Source of the DNA: a virus
Lineage: Duplodnaviria; Caudoviricetes
Virus record (IMG/VR): IMGVR_UViG_3300037264_003470
Coordinates: 1 to 63,163 of that record
Direction: 5' to 3' (one strand)
Length of the DNA: 63,163 nt
The notes beneath the pieces were generated by a model. That model did not search any database and was not told the origin of the DNA. It worked only from the letters and a program-made list of their open reading frames with translations. Each line of letters begins with the position of its first letter. The first letter of the stretch is position 1. This document shows, piece after piece, positions 20,028-32,200 of the stretch. The translations under genes were made by a program, and so were the position numbers.

Positions 20028-21776
20028 CTAAACTAATCTTCCGTTTTCTGTTCTACCATCCTTGTACATTACTTGACAATAAATAGCTTCAAAGCATTTT
20101 ATATTATCACCTGTATTGGAATTTTTACTCTTGATTTCACTCCTAATTTTTTCTACAGGAACCACAAAATCAGTCGTTCGACTGGTTATTTTCATATTAT
20201 GTAAAACCGCATGAAACGGAGAATAATCTATTATTGTTTCCTTAGCTTCTTCTATTTTTTCATCGCTAACTTTTTCAAATTCAAGGTGAACGTTAAACTT
20301 ACTGCTTTGCCCACCACTACACGGGTCTACAAAATCTTTATCCACGTCGCACGGATTATTAGAGTTATACAGACTGCCATTGTATGTGTCCATATTAAAA
20401 GCTTTTTCACTATACAGGAACGTGGTCCTAATTTTGCCAAAAGTGACTGGATTATGGAATGAATGTCTCTCTGGAATAAGTAAATCAAATAATGGATCGT
20501 CTTCTTCAATTAACTTGACATTCCAGTTTTTAAGTGGGTAAACCACCTTCGTCTCATCCCGCTGGTCAGCCAATGGCAGACTTTGTATATAGCTTTCTAT
20601 TGTTTTAGCATCTTCTGGAATTTTGTTATAATTATATTTAACCTTGACCACATCCCCTTTAAATAGATTGATTGGCTCTTGCTGAGCGTCTCCTCGCCAG
20701 ACTACTGCTATTTTTGGTTCTGGTATTAAAGTTTCTTGTAGAGATATAATACTGCTGGGCAGAGTAAAATATTCGTTTTTCTCCACTGATTTAATTGATA
20801 CTTCTATATCCTGGCTCATTGGTTTTTTACTTAGATATCCCAATATGCCGTCCTGCATATCTTTACTAATCACAAAGCCATCTGTCCAAGTATAAGGTGA
20901 TATAACTTGCCACAAGTTAGTTAACTTTAATAATCTGACGCCCGATTTGTCTAACGCCTCTTTTAAACCATTTAAAGTTCCTTTTTTCTTATATAAAGTC
21001 ATCACATGCTTCACTTGGTTTCGCCAAGCAGCAACACTATTAGATGTGAGTTGGAGATTGAAGAAATTTGCCAAAGCTGGCAGAAAACCGTCTGGTATGA
21101 ATGTGGGGCTTATTAGGTCAACCAAACCTACTGCCAAATCGTCTAAATCTAGAAAGAATTGAGCAATTGCTCTGTTGAACTTAACAAGTGTTTCGGGCGT
21201 CATATCTTCCGTAGTTGTTTTAGTTCGATACATCGCTGGAATGTACTTGTCGAATAAGAAATTGTATTTCTGCCTTGGAGCAAAGTGTCGATAAATGCTG
21301 TTTATTTTTTCTGCGGCTGGATAAAGAGTAAAGAGTTTTTGACCTGTTTGCAGCGGCCCATTTTCTTTATTTCTCCAATTCCAACTGATGAGATAAGTTC
21401 CTTCTCTCATCCCTTTAGGGTGCCAGAAAAACAGGAATTTACCTTCTATTACTTTTTTGTTCTCTATTAAATTAACAATCAAGTTCTTATTGCCCGACTT
21501 CCATAAAGGCTTTAAGGTTTCTAATACAATTTTAGCATCTGAGTAATATGTTCTTTTGGCCGCTTTCTTGCTTCTCGATAACAAGTCATTGGTTTCCCAC
21601 TCTGCTACTTCAAGAAATCTTTCATTCCCGCGCGAACTTCTTTCAATGTGATATATGACTACCTGCTCTACCGTGTACGGATTTTTTAACACACCTTCGT
21701 CACTATATGTTTCCAAGGTAAACCCAACATTATCATCTGTCTTTGGGGAATCCACATCCCTTATATAATTTATCAA
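20028..21776 (-). CDS. baseplate wedge protein (P2 gpI / T4 gp7-like)
   Basis: FLPALANFF...LYKKKGTLNGLKEAL motif; follows the gp6-like gene. Confidence 0.7.
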   Translation of the reverse strand: MINYIRDVDSPKTDDNVGFTLETYSDEGVLKNPYTVEQVVIYHIERSSRGNERFLEVAEWETNDLLSRSKKAAKRTYYSDAKIVLETLKPLWKSGNKNLIVNLIENKKVIEGKFLFFWHPKGMREGTYLISWNWRNKENGPLQTGQKLFTLYPAAEKINSIYRHFAPRQKYNFLFDKYIPAMYRTKTTTEDMTPETLVKFNRAIAQFFLDLDDLAVGLVDLISPTFIPDGFLPALANFFNLQLTSNSVAAWRNQVKHVMTLYKKKGTLNGLKEALDKSGVRLLKLTNLWQVISPYTWTDGFVISKDMQDGILGYLSKKPMSQDIEVSIKSVEKNEYFTLPSSIISLQETLIPEPKIAVVWRGDAQQEPINLFKGDVVKVKYNYNKIPEDAKTIESYIQSLPLADQRDETKVVYPLKNWNVKLIEEDDPLFDLLIPERHSFHNPVTFGKIRTTFLYSEKAFNMDTYNGSLYNSNNPCDVDKDFVDPCSGGQSSKFNVHLEFEKVSDEKIEEAKETIIDYSPFHAVLHNMKITSRTTDFVVPVEKIRSEIKSKNSNTGDNIKCFEAIYCQVMYKDGRTENGRLV

Positions 21777-23350
21777 CTATCTCCTGCCTCATATGTAAAG
21801 TTTATATTGATGTTGTCAGGTCTTATGATTTCGTTATGTTTTACTGTTACTATGTTTTCGGAAACCGTGCTGCCATCTACGGATTTATTGGTTATGAAAG
21901 ATATGTCAAAGTGATTAACTTCTTTCACTGCGGATAAGTTTTTTATCATGTCTTTTTCTTTCAAAGGCAATCCAAACTCCCACTTGTTTAGATCGAAATA
22001 TTGCTCTAGTTTTTCAGTTATCTTATTTCTTATTTCATTTTCAAATCTTTTCATTTTTTTGTTTAAATTAGCATTAACATTTATATCAACATACAACACT
22101 TCGCCGTCCTTGATACACAAATGATCTGTGAAAGTCTTTTTGTCATTGAGCATTTGAATTAACGCAGTCTTTAGGTTATCCCCAGCTTTAACTAATCTGT
22201 AATTACCTGTTTGCGCTAATATTATAATGTCGATTACGTTGCCTGCACATCCATGATTTCTCAATGATATATTAGACTTACCAACGACGCCATCGTATGA
22301 TGTTGCAAAACTGTCTGTTAAATATTTGTAGTCGGCTCCAGTGACAGCACGGTTTTGTGTTCTTAAGTAAGCTGGAAGTTTTTTCCTGATATCGTTTATG
22401 GTGTCACCAGGATAACCGTATTCGCTTTTTGTATAATTTTTAACATTTACAATAATATCATTGGATATTCCAGGTATTGCAGCAAAAACCTTTGTGTCAA
22501 AAGCGCCACTGACAATCTCAGTGGTTGATTTGTTTGGAAGTCTGAAACTAGCTTTAATGACTGAATCAGGCTGTGGAACCAGTCCAGCTTTATTGTCGCC
22601 AAATATTATAGATGGTTTATAGTAAGCATCGTATTCCACCATGTATTCAAGTTTTGGGCGCGATTCTGTAAAATGATCTACCTCAGTCCAAGGCGTATCA
22701 TTAATTGTAACCTTAATTGAACCAAAAAATACGTTTTCGAAAGGAATGGTAAAAATTTGGTTTGATTTGCCCGTGCTTTTAAATATTGTTCTTCTTGACA
22801 TTCCTTCTAGCCCTACAACAGCCTCAGTAAACATTGCACCAGCAGGGATGATTATATTAGTATCAAACACGGGGTTATTGCTCCCATCAGATGCGAATAG
22901 TTCGTAGGCAACATCAAATCCCAAACCATCCAGGTTAATTGTTATTGGCGCTCTTATGATTAAATCCTGAGAGTAAACATTGTTAACTCTAGCAAAGAAC
23001 ATTGCCTTGGCTGGCAGCGGTGGCATTGGTTTGTAACCAACTAATTTAGCTAGTCGAAAAGCATTTTCTAATTCAGTAACAGTATCAATGTAAAGCTCAT
23101 TAGCTAACTGATCTATTTTGAATGACAACATATCTGCCATTGCAGCCCAACATTCAATTAACATTATGGCCAATGAAGACTCACCTATATCATTAAAATC
23201 TTCACCAAAATTAGCCTTCAGTAAATCTAATGTTCTGGCTCTAATAGAAGAAAAATCCTGATTGGTGTAATTTACACTGTAAACAGGTAAATTATTTACA
23301 AATCTAGGTACAGCCAATGGTGTTACATCAAAAGGGCATGTTTCTGCCAT
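21773..23350 (-). CDS. baseplate wedge protein (T4 gp6 / baseplate J-like)
   Basis: NYTNQDF, LSFKIDQLANELYIDT, FGD..AG..P, QNRAVTGADY. Confidence 0.85.
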   Translation of the reverse strand: MAETCPFDVTPLAVPRFVNNLPVYSVNYTNQDFSSIRARTLDLLKANFGEDFNDIGESSLAIMLIECWAAMADMLSFKIDQLANELYIDTVTELENAFRLAKLVGYKPMPPLPAKAMFFARVNNVYSQDLIIRAPITINLDGLGFDVAYELFASDGSNNPVFDTNIIIPAGAMFTEAVVGLEGMSRRTIFKSTGKSNQIFTIPFENVFFGSIKVTINDTPWTEVDHFTESRPKLEYMVEYDAYYKPSIIFGDNKAGLVPQPDSVIKASFRLPNKSTTEIVSGAFDTKVFAAIPGISNDIIVNVKNYTKSEYGYPGDTINDIRKKLPAYLRTQNRAVTGADYKYLTDSFATSYDGVVGKSNISLRNHGCAGNVIDIIILAQTGNYRLVKAGDNLKTALIQMLNDKKTFTDHLCIKDGEVLYVDINVNANLNKKMKRFENEIRNKITEKLEQYFDLNKWEFGLPLKEKDMIKNLSAVKEVNHFDISFITNKSVDGSTVSENIVTVKHNEIIRPDNININFTYEAGDS

Positions 23351-23741
23351 CAATTCCTCCAAGAGACTTATAAACTGTTAAACTTTCAACATTGTTCACG
23401 TTAATAGGATCAATAAATAAAACAGTGATTTTAATTATCAATTTATTTTCTTCATTTCTGGCCAACTCCACAAGAATGTTTTCAACTTGAACCTTTGTTT
23501 CCCATTTTTTAATAGCACTAGCTATTTTCACTTTTAGTTCACTTTTGACCATCTCTATAGGTGCATTGAAATTGACCCTTTTTAATCCTACGCCAAAATA
23601 AGGAACAAATATTCTATCCTCTGGTTCTGTCAATATTATCGTTGCAATACTAGATTTTATTTGTGTTACATCTAATGCGGCATTATGGAAAAACCCTTGC
23701 GGGTGTTTAATAAGTGGATAAGCTATGCCTTTGTATCTCAT
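23328..23741 (-). CDS. baseplate gp25 / GPW-like protein
   Basis: IKSSIATIILTEPEDRIFVPYFGVGL...AIKKWE. Confidence 0.85.
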   Translation of the reverse strand: MRYKGIAYPLIKHPQGFFHNAALDVTQIKSSIATIILTEPEDRIFVPYFGVGLKRVNFNAPIEMVKSELKVKIASAIKKWETKVQVENILVELARNEENKLIIKITVLFIDPINVNNVESLTVYKSLGGIDGRNMPF

Positions 23742-23748
23742 TTAGTCC

Positions 23749-26022
23749 TCAATCGCTGGCTATTCCTTCACACGGTTCTGGTTCATGCAGCGCAGAAGCA
23801 AACACATGTTCGCTTGCTTTAAGTCCCGTAACAGCAGAAACATACTCAGGAATTTGCTGGAAAGCTACTACAACTGGATATACACAAGGCTGCCCCTGTC
23901 CAACAGGGTTTTGTGGCTCGCAATCCTTTCCAGCCAGTAAGAATATATAATCATCTGCCCAAAAAACTGCTGTACCACATCTGTTATAATATACATCTTT
24001 AACACTGACTAGCTTGTTTTTAGAAATAAACTCCATTTTGTCGGATGGGTTATCCTTTTCTTCACCAACCACTTCCACAAATTTATCATAGGAATAAACA
24101 ATATAATCTCCACCAGCACGCAAGAAGATTTGTCCTGGCCCGTGTAGGCGTTCTTGCATATGGAGAACATGTGGACCACGGATAAGATTGTCTTTTTGAG
24201 GTGACATAATTTGGAAATACTGCTGGTCAGTCTTAGTCTGGTCATGGAAATCGCATAAAGTTACGGTTATTCCATAACCACTTCGAAGTCTTACGAATGC
24301 TTTCTTTGCGTAAGGACCAGTTTTAGAACAACCGTTACGGTCAGCACTGCATTGTTTATTAAGTTCGTCAACCATGTCAAAAGTATGATTGGCGGTACTC
24401 TTCATGTGAATACCACGCAATGGACCAGCGATACAACCTGGCAATGTTTCATCGTTAAGACATATCTGATTGCCGCAAGCCGTAACGATATTAATACCAT
24501 TACGCTTACTTCGTAAATGTGGCTGATCTTCATAGTCAACCATTTCAATATAATGACCTGTTGCTGATCGCCAGTAAGTTCGTCCTTTGAATCTGCCTGT
24601 GCAACCGTCATAATCAAAAGGCTTCAAAGTTCGTTCCCATTCTGGCTTTTCCCTTGGCTCCTCCACAGAATCATCAAATACTATAGTGGCCCCTGAACGA
24701 GAACGAACTTGAATGCCCGACTGATTTAACCCGCAATCTTGACAATAGTATGGGTAACAGTCATGTCGATGTTTTTGATACTTGTTTTTGCCATAGTTGT
24801 TGAATTTAAAACAAAAGTCGGTTAGACCGTCAATAATGCCGTGCAAACAGTCTTTCGGTATTTCTGGTAAAACAACGTCAGGAAATGGTGTTTGTGGTGG
24901 ACACCAATCTTCTCTCCCTACCACGACAGGGATGCGAATGCCACCATATCCAACACCTGTCACGCCACCTGGCGGAAAGGAGAAAGTGCCATCCCCAACA
25001 TACTCTTGATCTACTGTCAGACTTGGAGTTTCTGGAATTGTATTACAATTTTCTGGACCTTGTGGACAAGTGTAAGGTATATCAGTTGGAACGAATTTTA
25101 TTATATTGTTGAGTGGATCACTATAAATTGTCATTGACACAGCGCAAATTTTTGGCACTACATCAACATAAGAAATAAAGCATTGTGGATTAAGCCATTC
25201 GCCGCATGGATGATATGGGTCGTCCTTCATGAGAAGAAGATTGCCCATGCTGGATATTACTTCTAATCTTTTCCATCTTCTATTACATTTTGGATCACCG
25301 TCATCCATAATAACGCGGTGCTTATCTGGTGTGGATATACTGTATTGATGTGGCCAAGTAGTCTTAGTAACCGAATCTGGAGAAAATTCTATATCTGTTT
25401 GTGTGTCTACGTCATAGCCCTGGTAGTTATCGGTGTTATTATGCGCATAAATCTGTGATTCATCATTCGGTCCTACCATGTAACCAGAACGATGCCCTTC
25501 CCATATCTTGTAATACTCTTGGATATGTGTATTCCAATTATCATGTTGAATTGGTCCCTTATCTCGATACCAAGTGCTTCCTATGTAAAAAGTCATCTGC
25601 GGGTCGCCATGCAAGAATGTTAAGCATAACATAGACCCTGGTGGTGGAACCCAATTTAAGCCGCAGTCATCAAACCCACCCATCGAGGAAATTGGCCACG
25701 CCCAATCAAGTTGGCTTATTTTAGTAGCTAGAGACTCTCCAGGCTGTCCATCGAATAAAGCTTTCTGGCTAAACTTTAAACCAGTGTGCAAAATTGGACT
25801 GAAGTATTTGACTCTGTTCTGTTTTAATGGATCACGGGTATCTACGCACAAAGCTAAATGCATACCGCGATATGCATTTATTTGGTGCATGAAATTAATT
25901 TTTCTTTTGAATATCTTCTTAAAATTAGACTGAAAATTGGTTTCTCTTAACCTCTTCTCATGCCTATCAAGCAGATTATATATTGTTTTTATGTGATCTT
26001 TTAAATTTCTAGGTCTTTCCAT
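23749..26022 (-). CDS. baseplate central spike (gp5/VgrG-like OB-fold protein)
   Basis: VDTRDPLKQNRVK..WAWP..VPPPGS..F.HGDP..IG; SRSG/SATGH beta repeats; ATG 26022 with GGAGG SD. Confidence 0.75.
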   Translation of the reverse strand: MERPRNLKDHIKTIYNLLDRHEKRLRETNFQSNFKKIFKRKINFMHQINAYRGMHLALCVDTRDPLKQNRVKYFSPILHTGLKFSQKALFDGQPGESLATKISQLDWAWPISSMGGFDDCGLNWVPPPGSMLCLTFLHGDPQMTFYIGSTWYRDKGPIQHDNWNTHIQEYYKIWEGHRSGYMVGPNDESQIYAHNNTDNYQGYDVDTQTDIEFSPDSVTKTTWPHQYSISTPDKHRVIMDDGDPKCNRRWKRLEVISSMGNLLLMKDDPYHPCGEWLNPQCFISYVDVVPKICAVSMTIYSDPLNNIIKFVPTDIPYTCPQGPENCNTIPETPSLTVDQEYVGDGTFSFPPGGVTGVGYGGIRIPVVVGREDWCPPQTPFPDVVLPEIPKDCLHGIIDGLTDFCFKFNNYGKNKYQKHRHDCYPYYCQDCGLNQSGIQVRSRSGATIVFDDSVEEPREKPEWERTLKPFDYDGCTGRFKGRTYWRSATGHYIEMVDYEDQPHLRSKRNGINIVTACGNQICLNDETLPGCIAGPLRGIHMKSTANHTFDMVDELNKQCSADRNGCSKTGPYAKKAFVRLRSGYGITVTLCDFHDQTKTDQQYFQIMSPQKDNLIRGPHVLHMQERLHGPGQIFLRAGGDYIVYSYDKFVEVVGEEKDNPSDKMEFISKNKLVSVKDVYYNRCGTAVFWADDYIFLLAGKDCEPQNPVGQGQPCVYPVVVAFQQIPEYVSAVTGLKASEHVFASALHEPEPCEGIASD

Positions 26023-26033
26023 TTGCCTCCTAA

Positions 26034-28247
26034 TTAATCTGGCGGTAAATCTCCCCCAGGAACAACTAAATAATTTTCTGAACAGGCTGTGCCACCACCA
26101 ACGAATAAGCCGCAAGCCGAATGTGGTGTTCCTGGCTGATTGCCCCAAGATACACCAGCATTACCTGATACAACCTTATCCAAACAACCAAATCTACCGC
26201 CATAGGGTACAGGTGTGCCTTCATCTGGACTTGAACCATCCCACGCACCAAGATTTGTAATAGACCCAGCCTGATTTAATTCAGCCGCAGGAGCTACAAG
26301 CTTAAGTTTTAAAGTAGTTATATATTGCCCATCTTTAATTTGATGATCTACCCCAAATATGAACCATCCCTTGTTGGTAAGTAACTTATTGATACTAGCC
26401 TTAAGGTCTGCATTTTCTTCATCTGGATCACCAGCAAGCCAACCAGGACAACCCTTAACAGGATTGTTAGGATCGTCTTCCAAGAAAAATGGGTTTACAA
26501 ATACTATCCCTACACATCTACCCATCCCTTCAATTGGACTGCATAGGAAGAAAGCAGGATCACCTTGTACCCTTAAATCCGCTTCAATAGCTCCAATACC
26601 TAAGTTAGCCATAATGTGGTGGAATGTAGATTCTTGTGTCTGAAGAGAAGGACTTCTTGTTTTTGAAGTTTCTTGTGTTGCTGTAACTGTTGCCATTCTT
26701 GTGTACCCAGGAGATGAAGCAATAGGACAATTTGCCCTGAAATATCCCTGTCTTGTATCAACGTTCGTTCCCACAATTGGAGTTGTATTACCCGCTGTTC
26801 TCTGTGCCGCTGCCACATGCCATCTAAAACTAGGAGCAAAAGACAACACTGGTGAACAATTACCTCCATTTACAATATAGACCGCCTTTAATCTCTTATT
26901 AATTTCTGCATCGTTGTAGTTAGATTGACAGTAAGGGATAGCGTTAGCCCATAAAATTAATCTTCCATATTGTGGCTGATCTGAACTACACACAGCACAA
27001 GGGTCATTGGTTCCGCCTGGTTGACCATTGGGTATAAACTTATAAGAAGGATCATAGTTCATAGTGATACCCACCCTCATCTTATTGCTAGTAACCTTGC
27101 CTGTTAAATCCCTTGCCAGCACACCTTGATTTAGCCATTCATGTATGATGGCCAAAGGTGGTTTTGTATTTGGATAAAAAACTTTTAAAGGACCATACCC
27201 AAGGCAATCAGCAAAACCATCATCAGAAAACTCCCTACACTTAGTATCGTTATCTGGTGTTACAAATTCCATGTCTACAACATCGCCATTTTTATCTAAT
27301 GCTTTAAATTCTACCCTAAATTGTGGGAAAGATACTCTACCAAGTAATTCAACAGCTTTAGTAAAATATATTTCTTTTTGATCTGTCCCGAAGACTTGCT
27401 GTATCATCTGTTCTTGCCCACGAACCAATGTATCTGTTCCCTCTACTTCGTATATAAATTTACCTTGTTCATAGTGGGCATTAACCCAATCTGTTAAGAA
27501 ATATAATACTGGACTACAGATGATAAAAGCAGAATTAAAGCCTGGTGGTGGCGGTGCTTTGGGTATGAGGTGTCCAGTATCAGTTAAAAACCCATCATTC
27601 AACCCACACCCTGGATCACCTAAATCTTGTGGTGGCTGGCCGCAAATATCTTCTGGCGCACCACCAGTTACATACCAACCCCATTGAACCTTCATGCGAT
27701 ACTTACCTTGAATTGGCGTAGAGTCAGCTTCGGGGTTAATACCCATTCTCTGAACCCATTCCTGAAATTCACTTCCTTTTTGATCCATAATGGTAACTCT
27801 TACTCTGTTGCCCTGGTCAGTAGTTCCCCAGCCATATTGAAAAGTTTTGATAACAGCTTTACATTGTTCAGGATTACATGGCTGTGAAATATTACCCATT
27901 GTTACGATTGTTTCAGCCGTTGATGGTGGGTATTCGTCATCACCGCAATATTGCTGGAAAGCTATTCTTGCCCATGCAGACATGGTAGTGCCGCCCAATG
28001 CTGTCTTTAGCATCGGCGCACCCTCACTATTTTCTTCTGGAAATGACATGAACTGACCACCACCAAAAGGGAATCCGACTAAACAAGTGCCGTCAGTACA
28101 TTCAACGAAATTGCCAGTATCGAACTCAGGCGAAGGTTGACAACAATAGGCTTTTTCATAATCAACATCGCACACAAGCGGGAAGTTTGGGTCTATAAAA
28201 TGATAAGCACAACTCGGCTTTATCGGTGGTGCTGGTGGGTCTGCCAT
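26034..28247 (-). CDS. baseplate hub-like protein (gp27/gpD-like)
   Basis: IEADLRVQGDP...GWFIFGVDHQI..G.YITTLKL; lies between gp53-like and gp5-like genes. Confidence 0.6.
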   Translation of the reverse strand: MADPPAPPIKPSCAYHFIDPNFPLVCDVDYEKAYCCQPSPEFDTGNFVECTDGTCLVGFPFGGGQFMSFPEENSEGAPMLKTALGGTTMSAWARIAFQQYCGDDEYPPSTAETIVTMGNISQPCNPEQCKAVIKTFQYGWGTTDQGNRVRVTIMDQKGSEFQEWVQRMGINPEADSTPIQGKYRMKVQWGWYVTGGAPEDICGQPPQDLGDPGCGLNDGFLTDTGHLIPKAPPPPGFNSAFIICSPVLYFLTDWVNAHYEQGKFIYEVEGTDTLVRGQEQMIQQVFGTDQKEIYFTKAVELLGRVSFPQFRVEFKALDKNGDVVDMEFVTPDNDTKCREFSDDGFADCLGYGPLKVFYPNTKPPLAIIHEWLNQGVLARDLTGKVTSNKMRVGITMNYDPSYKFIPNGQPGGTNDPCAVCSSDQPQYGRLILWANAIPYCQSNYNDAEINKRLKAVYIVNGGNCSPVLSFAPSFRWHVAAAQRTAGNTTPIVGTNVDTRQGYFRANCPIASSPGYTRMATVTATQETSKTRSPSLQTQESTFHHIMANLGIGAIEADLRVQGDPAFFLCSPIEGMGRCVGIVFVNPFFLEDDPNNPVKGCPGWLAGDPDEENADLKASINKLLTNKGWFIFGVDHQIKDGQYITTLKLKLVAPAAELNQAGSITNLGAWDGSSPDEGTPVPYGGRFGCLDKVVSGNAGVSWGNQPGTPHSACGLFVGGGTACSENYLVVPGGDLPPD

Positions 28248-28255
28248 ATTTCTCC

Positions 28256-28579
28256 TTAAAACATTAATGAACTGCCAGGCAGGACAATATTCCTACCAGC
28301 TTTAAATTCTAAAATATCTTTCATGCCATTCATTTCCATAATCTTCCACCAATAATCAGGCGCACCATAAGCTTTGGAAGAAACCAAGTCTGGTCTAAAT
28401 TCTACTTCCTTGGTTATTTCATAATGCTTATCGTGGTGATTAAAAGTTGCTTTTTTCTTCCTGTAAATTGGATAAGTCATCTTTCCATCATAAAATATTA
28501 CTAATGAAGTCGCATACCTGCTAGTTGGTGGGACATATGATCGCCCCTCCATGTTAGAATATTTAATTGATTTGGCCAT
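28256..28579 (-). CDS. baseplate wedge gp53 / LysM-like protein
   Basis: RPDLVSSKAYGAPDYWWKIMEMNG..D....GRNIVLP. Confidence 0.8.
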   Translation of the reverse strand: MAKSIKYSNMEGRSYVPPTSRYATSLVIFYDGKMTYPIYRKKKATFNHHDKHYEITKEVEFRPDLVSSKAYGAPDYWWKIMEMNGMKDILEFKAGRNIVLPGSSLMF

Positions 28580-28587
28580 AATTTACC

Positions 28588-29205
28588 TTATTTATTCTTA
28601 GTGTAATACTTACTTCCTTGGCTAATGTCTTGATCCCCCTTAAAGAATATTTTATTTGGATCGTCTTTATTTATGCAATTATTAACTGGCAACTTATTAC
28701 AAGGATAAACAACTTCCCAGCTACAACTAATAGAGAATTTATATGGTATAAAAGTGGTAACATCCCAAGCAACCTCTGTTGGATATCGTATGCTATAATT
28801 CTTTAATACTAAACATAATCCATCAGTGCCATCCATTAGAACCCCACATATAAATCTAACCACAGGCGGTGGAGTAAAAGGCACTATGCCGCTTGGTGGA
28901 CCTGGGTAAACTAGGTTTTGTATAATTCTTATAGCTTTTAAGTTTTCCATTATGTCTTTAAACTTGGTTATCATGAAGTGAAATTCAGTATTGATATTTC
29001 TAGGTTCAGAATAAGCGTAGGTGAGCATCGGACTTGATCTGCCTGGGGCTGGATCGTTTACATACTGCGCGCCTTTGCTGTCAGTGATATCTGGAAGTAT
29101 TTTTAGGTTTATGCAACCGCAAGGTGTTTGCAGTTCACACTTTCCTGCATTTGGACCATATTGTAATGGGGCTAATGACCCATCATTCTTCGTTCCCCTT
29201 GGCAT
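28588..29205 (-). CDS. tail tube initiator / CIS tube-like protein
   Basis: GRSSP..Y..S.PR, LVYP...PPPVVRF.CG; follows the tape measure. Confidence 0.6.
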   Translation of the reverse strand: MPRGTKNDGSLAPLQYGPNAGKCELQTPCGCINLKILPDITDSKGAQYVNDPAPGRSSPMLTYAYSEPRNINTEFHFMITKFKDIMENLKAIRIIQNLVYPGPPSGIVPFTPPPVVRFICGVLMDGTDGLCLVLKNYSIRYPTEVAWDVTTFIPYKFSISCSWEVVYPCNKLPVNNCINKDDPNKIFFKGDQDISQGSKYYTKNK

Positions 29206-29213
29206 TATTCTCC

Positions 29214-32200
29214 TTAATTACCTGTAAAATCACCTACTTCAAATTCCAAACCTACCTGTCTTTCTTTCGTCGCGTTAGCCCAACCTACGGGCAAAACATC
29301 TTCCATAAATGCTTCTAATGGATAATCTGGCCCTTCGTCACCTAAGTTGTTGTTACCCTTCTTAGCCAACAGTCTTCCTATTTTGTTGAGGACTTTAACT
29401 GTTGCCATTACCCCCGCCGCAGTTGTGCCTGTATTGTTCTCTGTTTTTGCCATATCAACATCACCATTTTGAGCCTCAGCCTTATTGCGTCTAAGCTCTG
29501 CTTCCACATCCTGTGACATGCCTGCTGGCATTGTAGGATTAGCAATGATTTGCTTATCAACCAGTGGTGCTATCGTTTCTGCAAGTTGTTGACTTGACAT
29601 GCCAAACATTTTCTCCGTTATCATGTTCTTTAAAGCGGTGTCTTCAACATAAAGTGTACCCTTTTTTGTTGCCTCTTCAGTAAGAGCGTTGCTAGCCGTT
29701 GCCGCCGTTACTTGAATGTCATATGTCTTTTGAAGTATGTCTTTTATTTCGTTCAATACAGTTAATTGTAAATCTGCTGGAGTGCCAGGTGCTGGCGCAG
29801 CCGCTGCCGCCGTTGTTTGCATTTTCTTTTCTAGTAACTCTGTCGCCAACTGCATTTTTGCTAATTGCTGAGCAATATCGCCTTTTGTTGTAAGACTATT
29901 TGCCTCATCATATTGTGCCTTAAGTGCGGTCTGCTCTTTTTCACTCATCTGCTTTAGTTCTGTTATATTTTTTGCACCACTTAATTTACCTGTAATATCT
30001 TCACCAATATCTTCTGGCCTTAACATTTGTTTGAGATTACCTGCCGCCACGTCAGCCGCTACATACTTACCCTGATTCATTAACAATGGCTTTAGGAACT
30101 CAGTCTTTGCTAAATACATAGCATCTTTTACACCTGATGCTCTTTCTAGTATTGCTGTTTTTTCTTTTTCGGTTCTGGCCCCGTGGAATTGTTCTTTGAA
30201 CTTATTCATTAAACCTTTATTCAAGGTGTCCATATCTTCAAGCGTTTTCTGCTCTTTAAAAGCTTTTAATGCGTCTTTGTCTGGTGCCAAACTATATACA
30301 CCCTTCTTTGTTCTGGTGAAAGATTCGTTGAATTTATCCAGCACTTTCTCAAATGGTGCCACCCTGCCTTGCTCATCTTTAAGCATACCTTCTACTATCT
30401 TGCCTCTTGCTGCTTCATATGCGTTCAGTCTCTTGGCTTGCTCTTCAGCCATTTGCTGCGACTTTTTCAGACCTTCTTCGGTATCTGGCAGTGTTGCATA
30501 AATCTTCCACGCATCTCTGGTGGACTGATCCATTTTTTTAAACATCTCGCCAAGAGATTCGGTCTTAGCAAATTCTGCGGCAGCAGCTTTGTCTACGTCC
30601 TTAGTAGCAGCTTGCCATCGCTTGCCAGCTTCCTGAATGTTGAGCCATTGTATGTTGCCTTTTTCATCTTTTCTCTGTAAGGTTTCTCTCATTACACCAA
30701 GGATTTGTGCCTCTTTTTCTCTTAGGGCTTCTTGTTGTTTTTCAAGTTTGGGCAAAAGTGCTAAAGCCTCATCTTCTTCTTTAGTGGTGCCGTGGAAAAA
30801 CTTTGTTATGTTTACACCAGCATTGACTCTTTGTGTATGGCGACCATGAATTTCTGCCAATTCAGCTTGTAAACCTTCTGCGCCTTTTTTGGCTTCAAGT
30901 CTTGCTTGCTCATATGTTTTAGCTAATTTAATATTTGCGACTGCCATGTTTTCTGCGTATGCTTCACGATAAGCTATTTCTTGTAATCTTGATTTTTCTT
31001 CTTTTGACGTAGCATCAGCAATTGCATCAGCATGTTTCGCCATGATAATAGCTTCTTTAGCTTCCATTTCTTGTTTTTTAATGGCTATTTTTGCTTTCAT
31101 TTCTTGTTCTCTTGTGCCTGCCCCATAAAATCCAAAGGTAAGGTCTTCGACCATGCCAAACCCTGTCCCACTTTCCATTAATTTTCCTACATTTTGTGCT
31201 GCTACCAATCTTTTCTCAGCATTTTCCTTTTCTATTTTAATTTGCTCCTTAGTAAGTTCACCACTCGCCAGTTTTGTAGTTCGCTCTATTCCCTCTTTAG
31301 AAATTTCACCTCCTCTTTTTTCAATAGCTGTGCCTTGATCTTGAATACTTTTTTCTATACCTCTTATATTGTTGTGTAAAGCATATATTGCTACGCCCAA
31401 GCCAGCAAGTAGTGCTATTAAACCAGCAGCGCCTGCAAGAGCGCCAGAAACACCAGCAAATGCGGCTATTAGACCACCAACCGCCAAAAGACCAATGACA
31501 ACTAGAATGACTTCTTTCCATTCCCACAAAAACATAATTACATTGCTAATTACCCCAATAATATCTCTGATTTGTATTGCCACGTCCTTAATGCCCTTGA
31601 TAAATTCATCAAAATTGAACCCATCGAACATCTTTGCTAATTCAGGTGCATTCTTCTTTATGTACTCACCTATACCATCAAGTAGTGGCTTAGCAATAGT
31701 GGCTATGCCATTAATAATAGCGGCGAGGAATCTTTGGAAACCAGTATGAGTAGGTAAACCTTCTATTTGACCCATAGCTTTCATTATGTTGTCAGCCATG
31801 TTGCCTACAAAATCACCAAGTAATTCAAATCCTTTCTTTATATCACCTTTTGCAAAAGCATCCCAAAATGGCGCAGTTGTTAATTGCCTTATAGCTTCCG
31901 TAAGGAATGGCATCGCTTGAGCTAATTTATCTAACAAAAATCCCTTGAACCTAGCTTCAAGTCTTAATAATGCGTCTCGCATTTCTGAAATAGGATCAGC
32001 TTTCTTCTGAGCCTGTCTTTGAATACGACCCTGTAAATCAGCCAATTCTGTAGCCAATGATTTTATGGTTTTAACATCTTTCTCTGCGATAGCTTTCTTA
32101 ATTTCTTCGGCTGTAGGTACAGTCTGAGCTATTTCTGGCGCTCCTATTTTTATCGCTTCATCTCTCATTCTCTTTGCTTGGTCTAGCAAAGCTTTTTCTA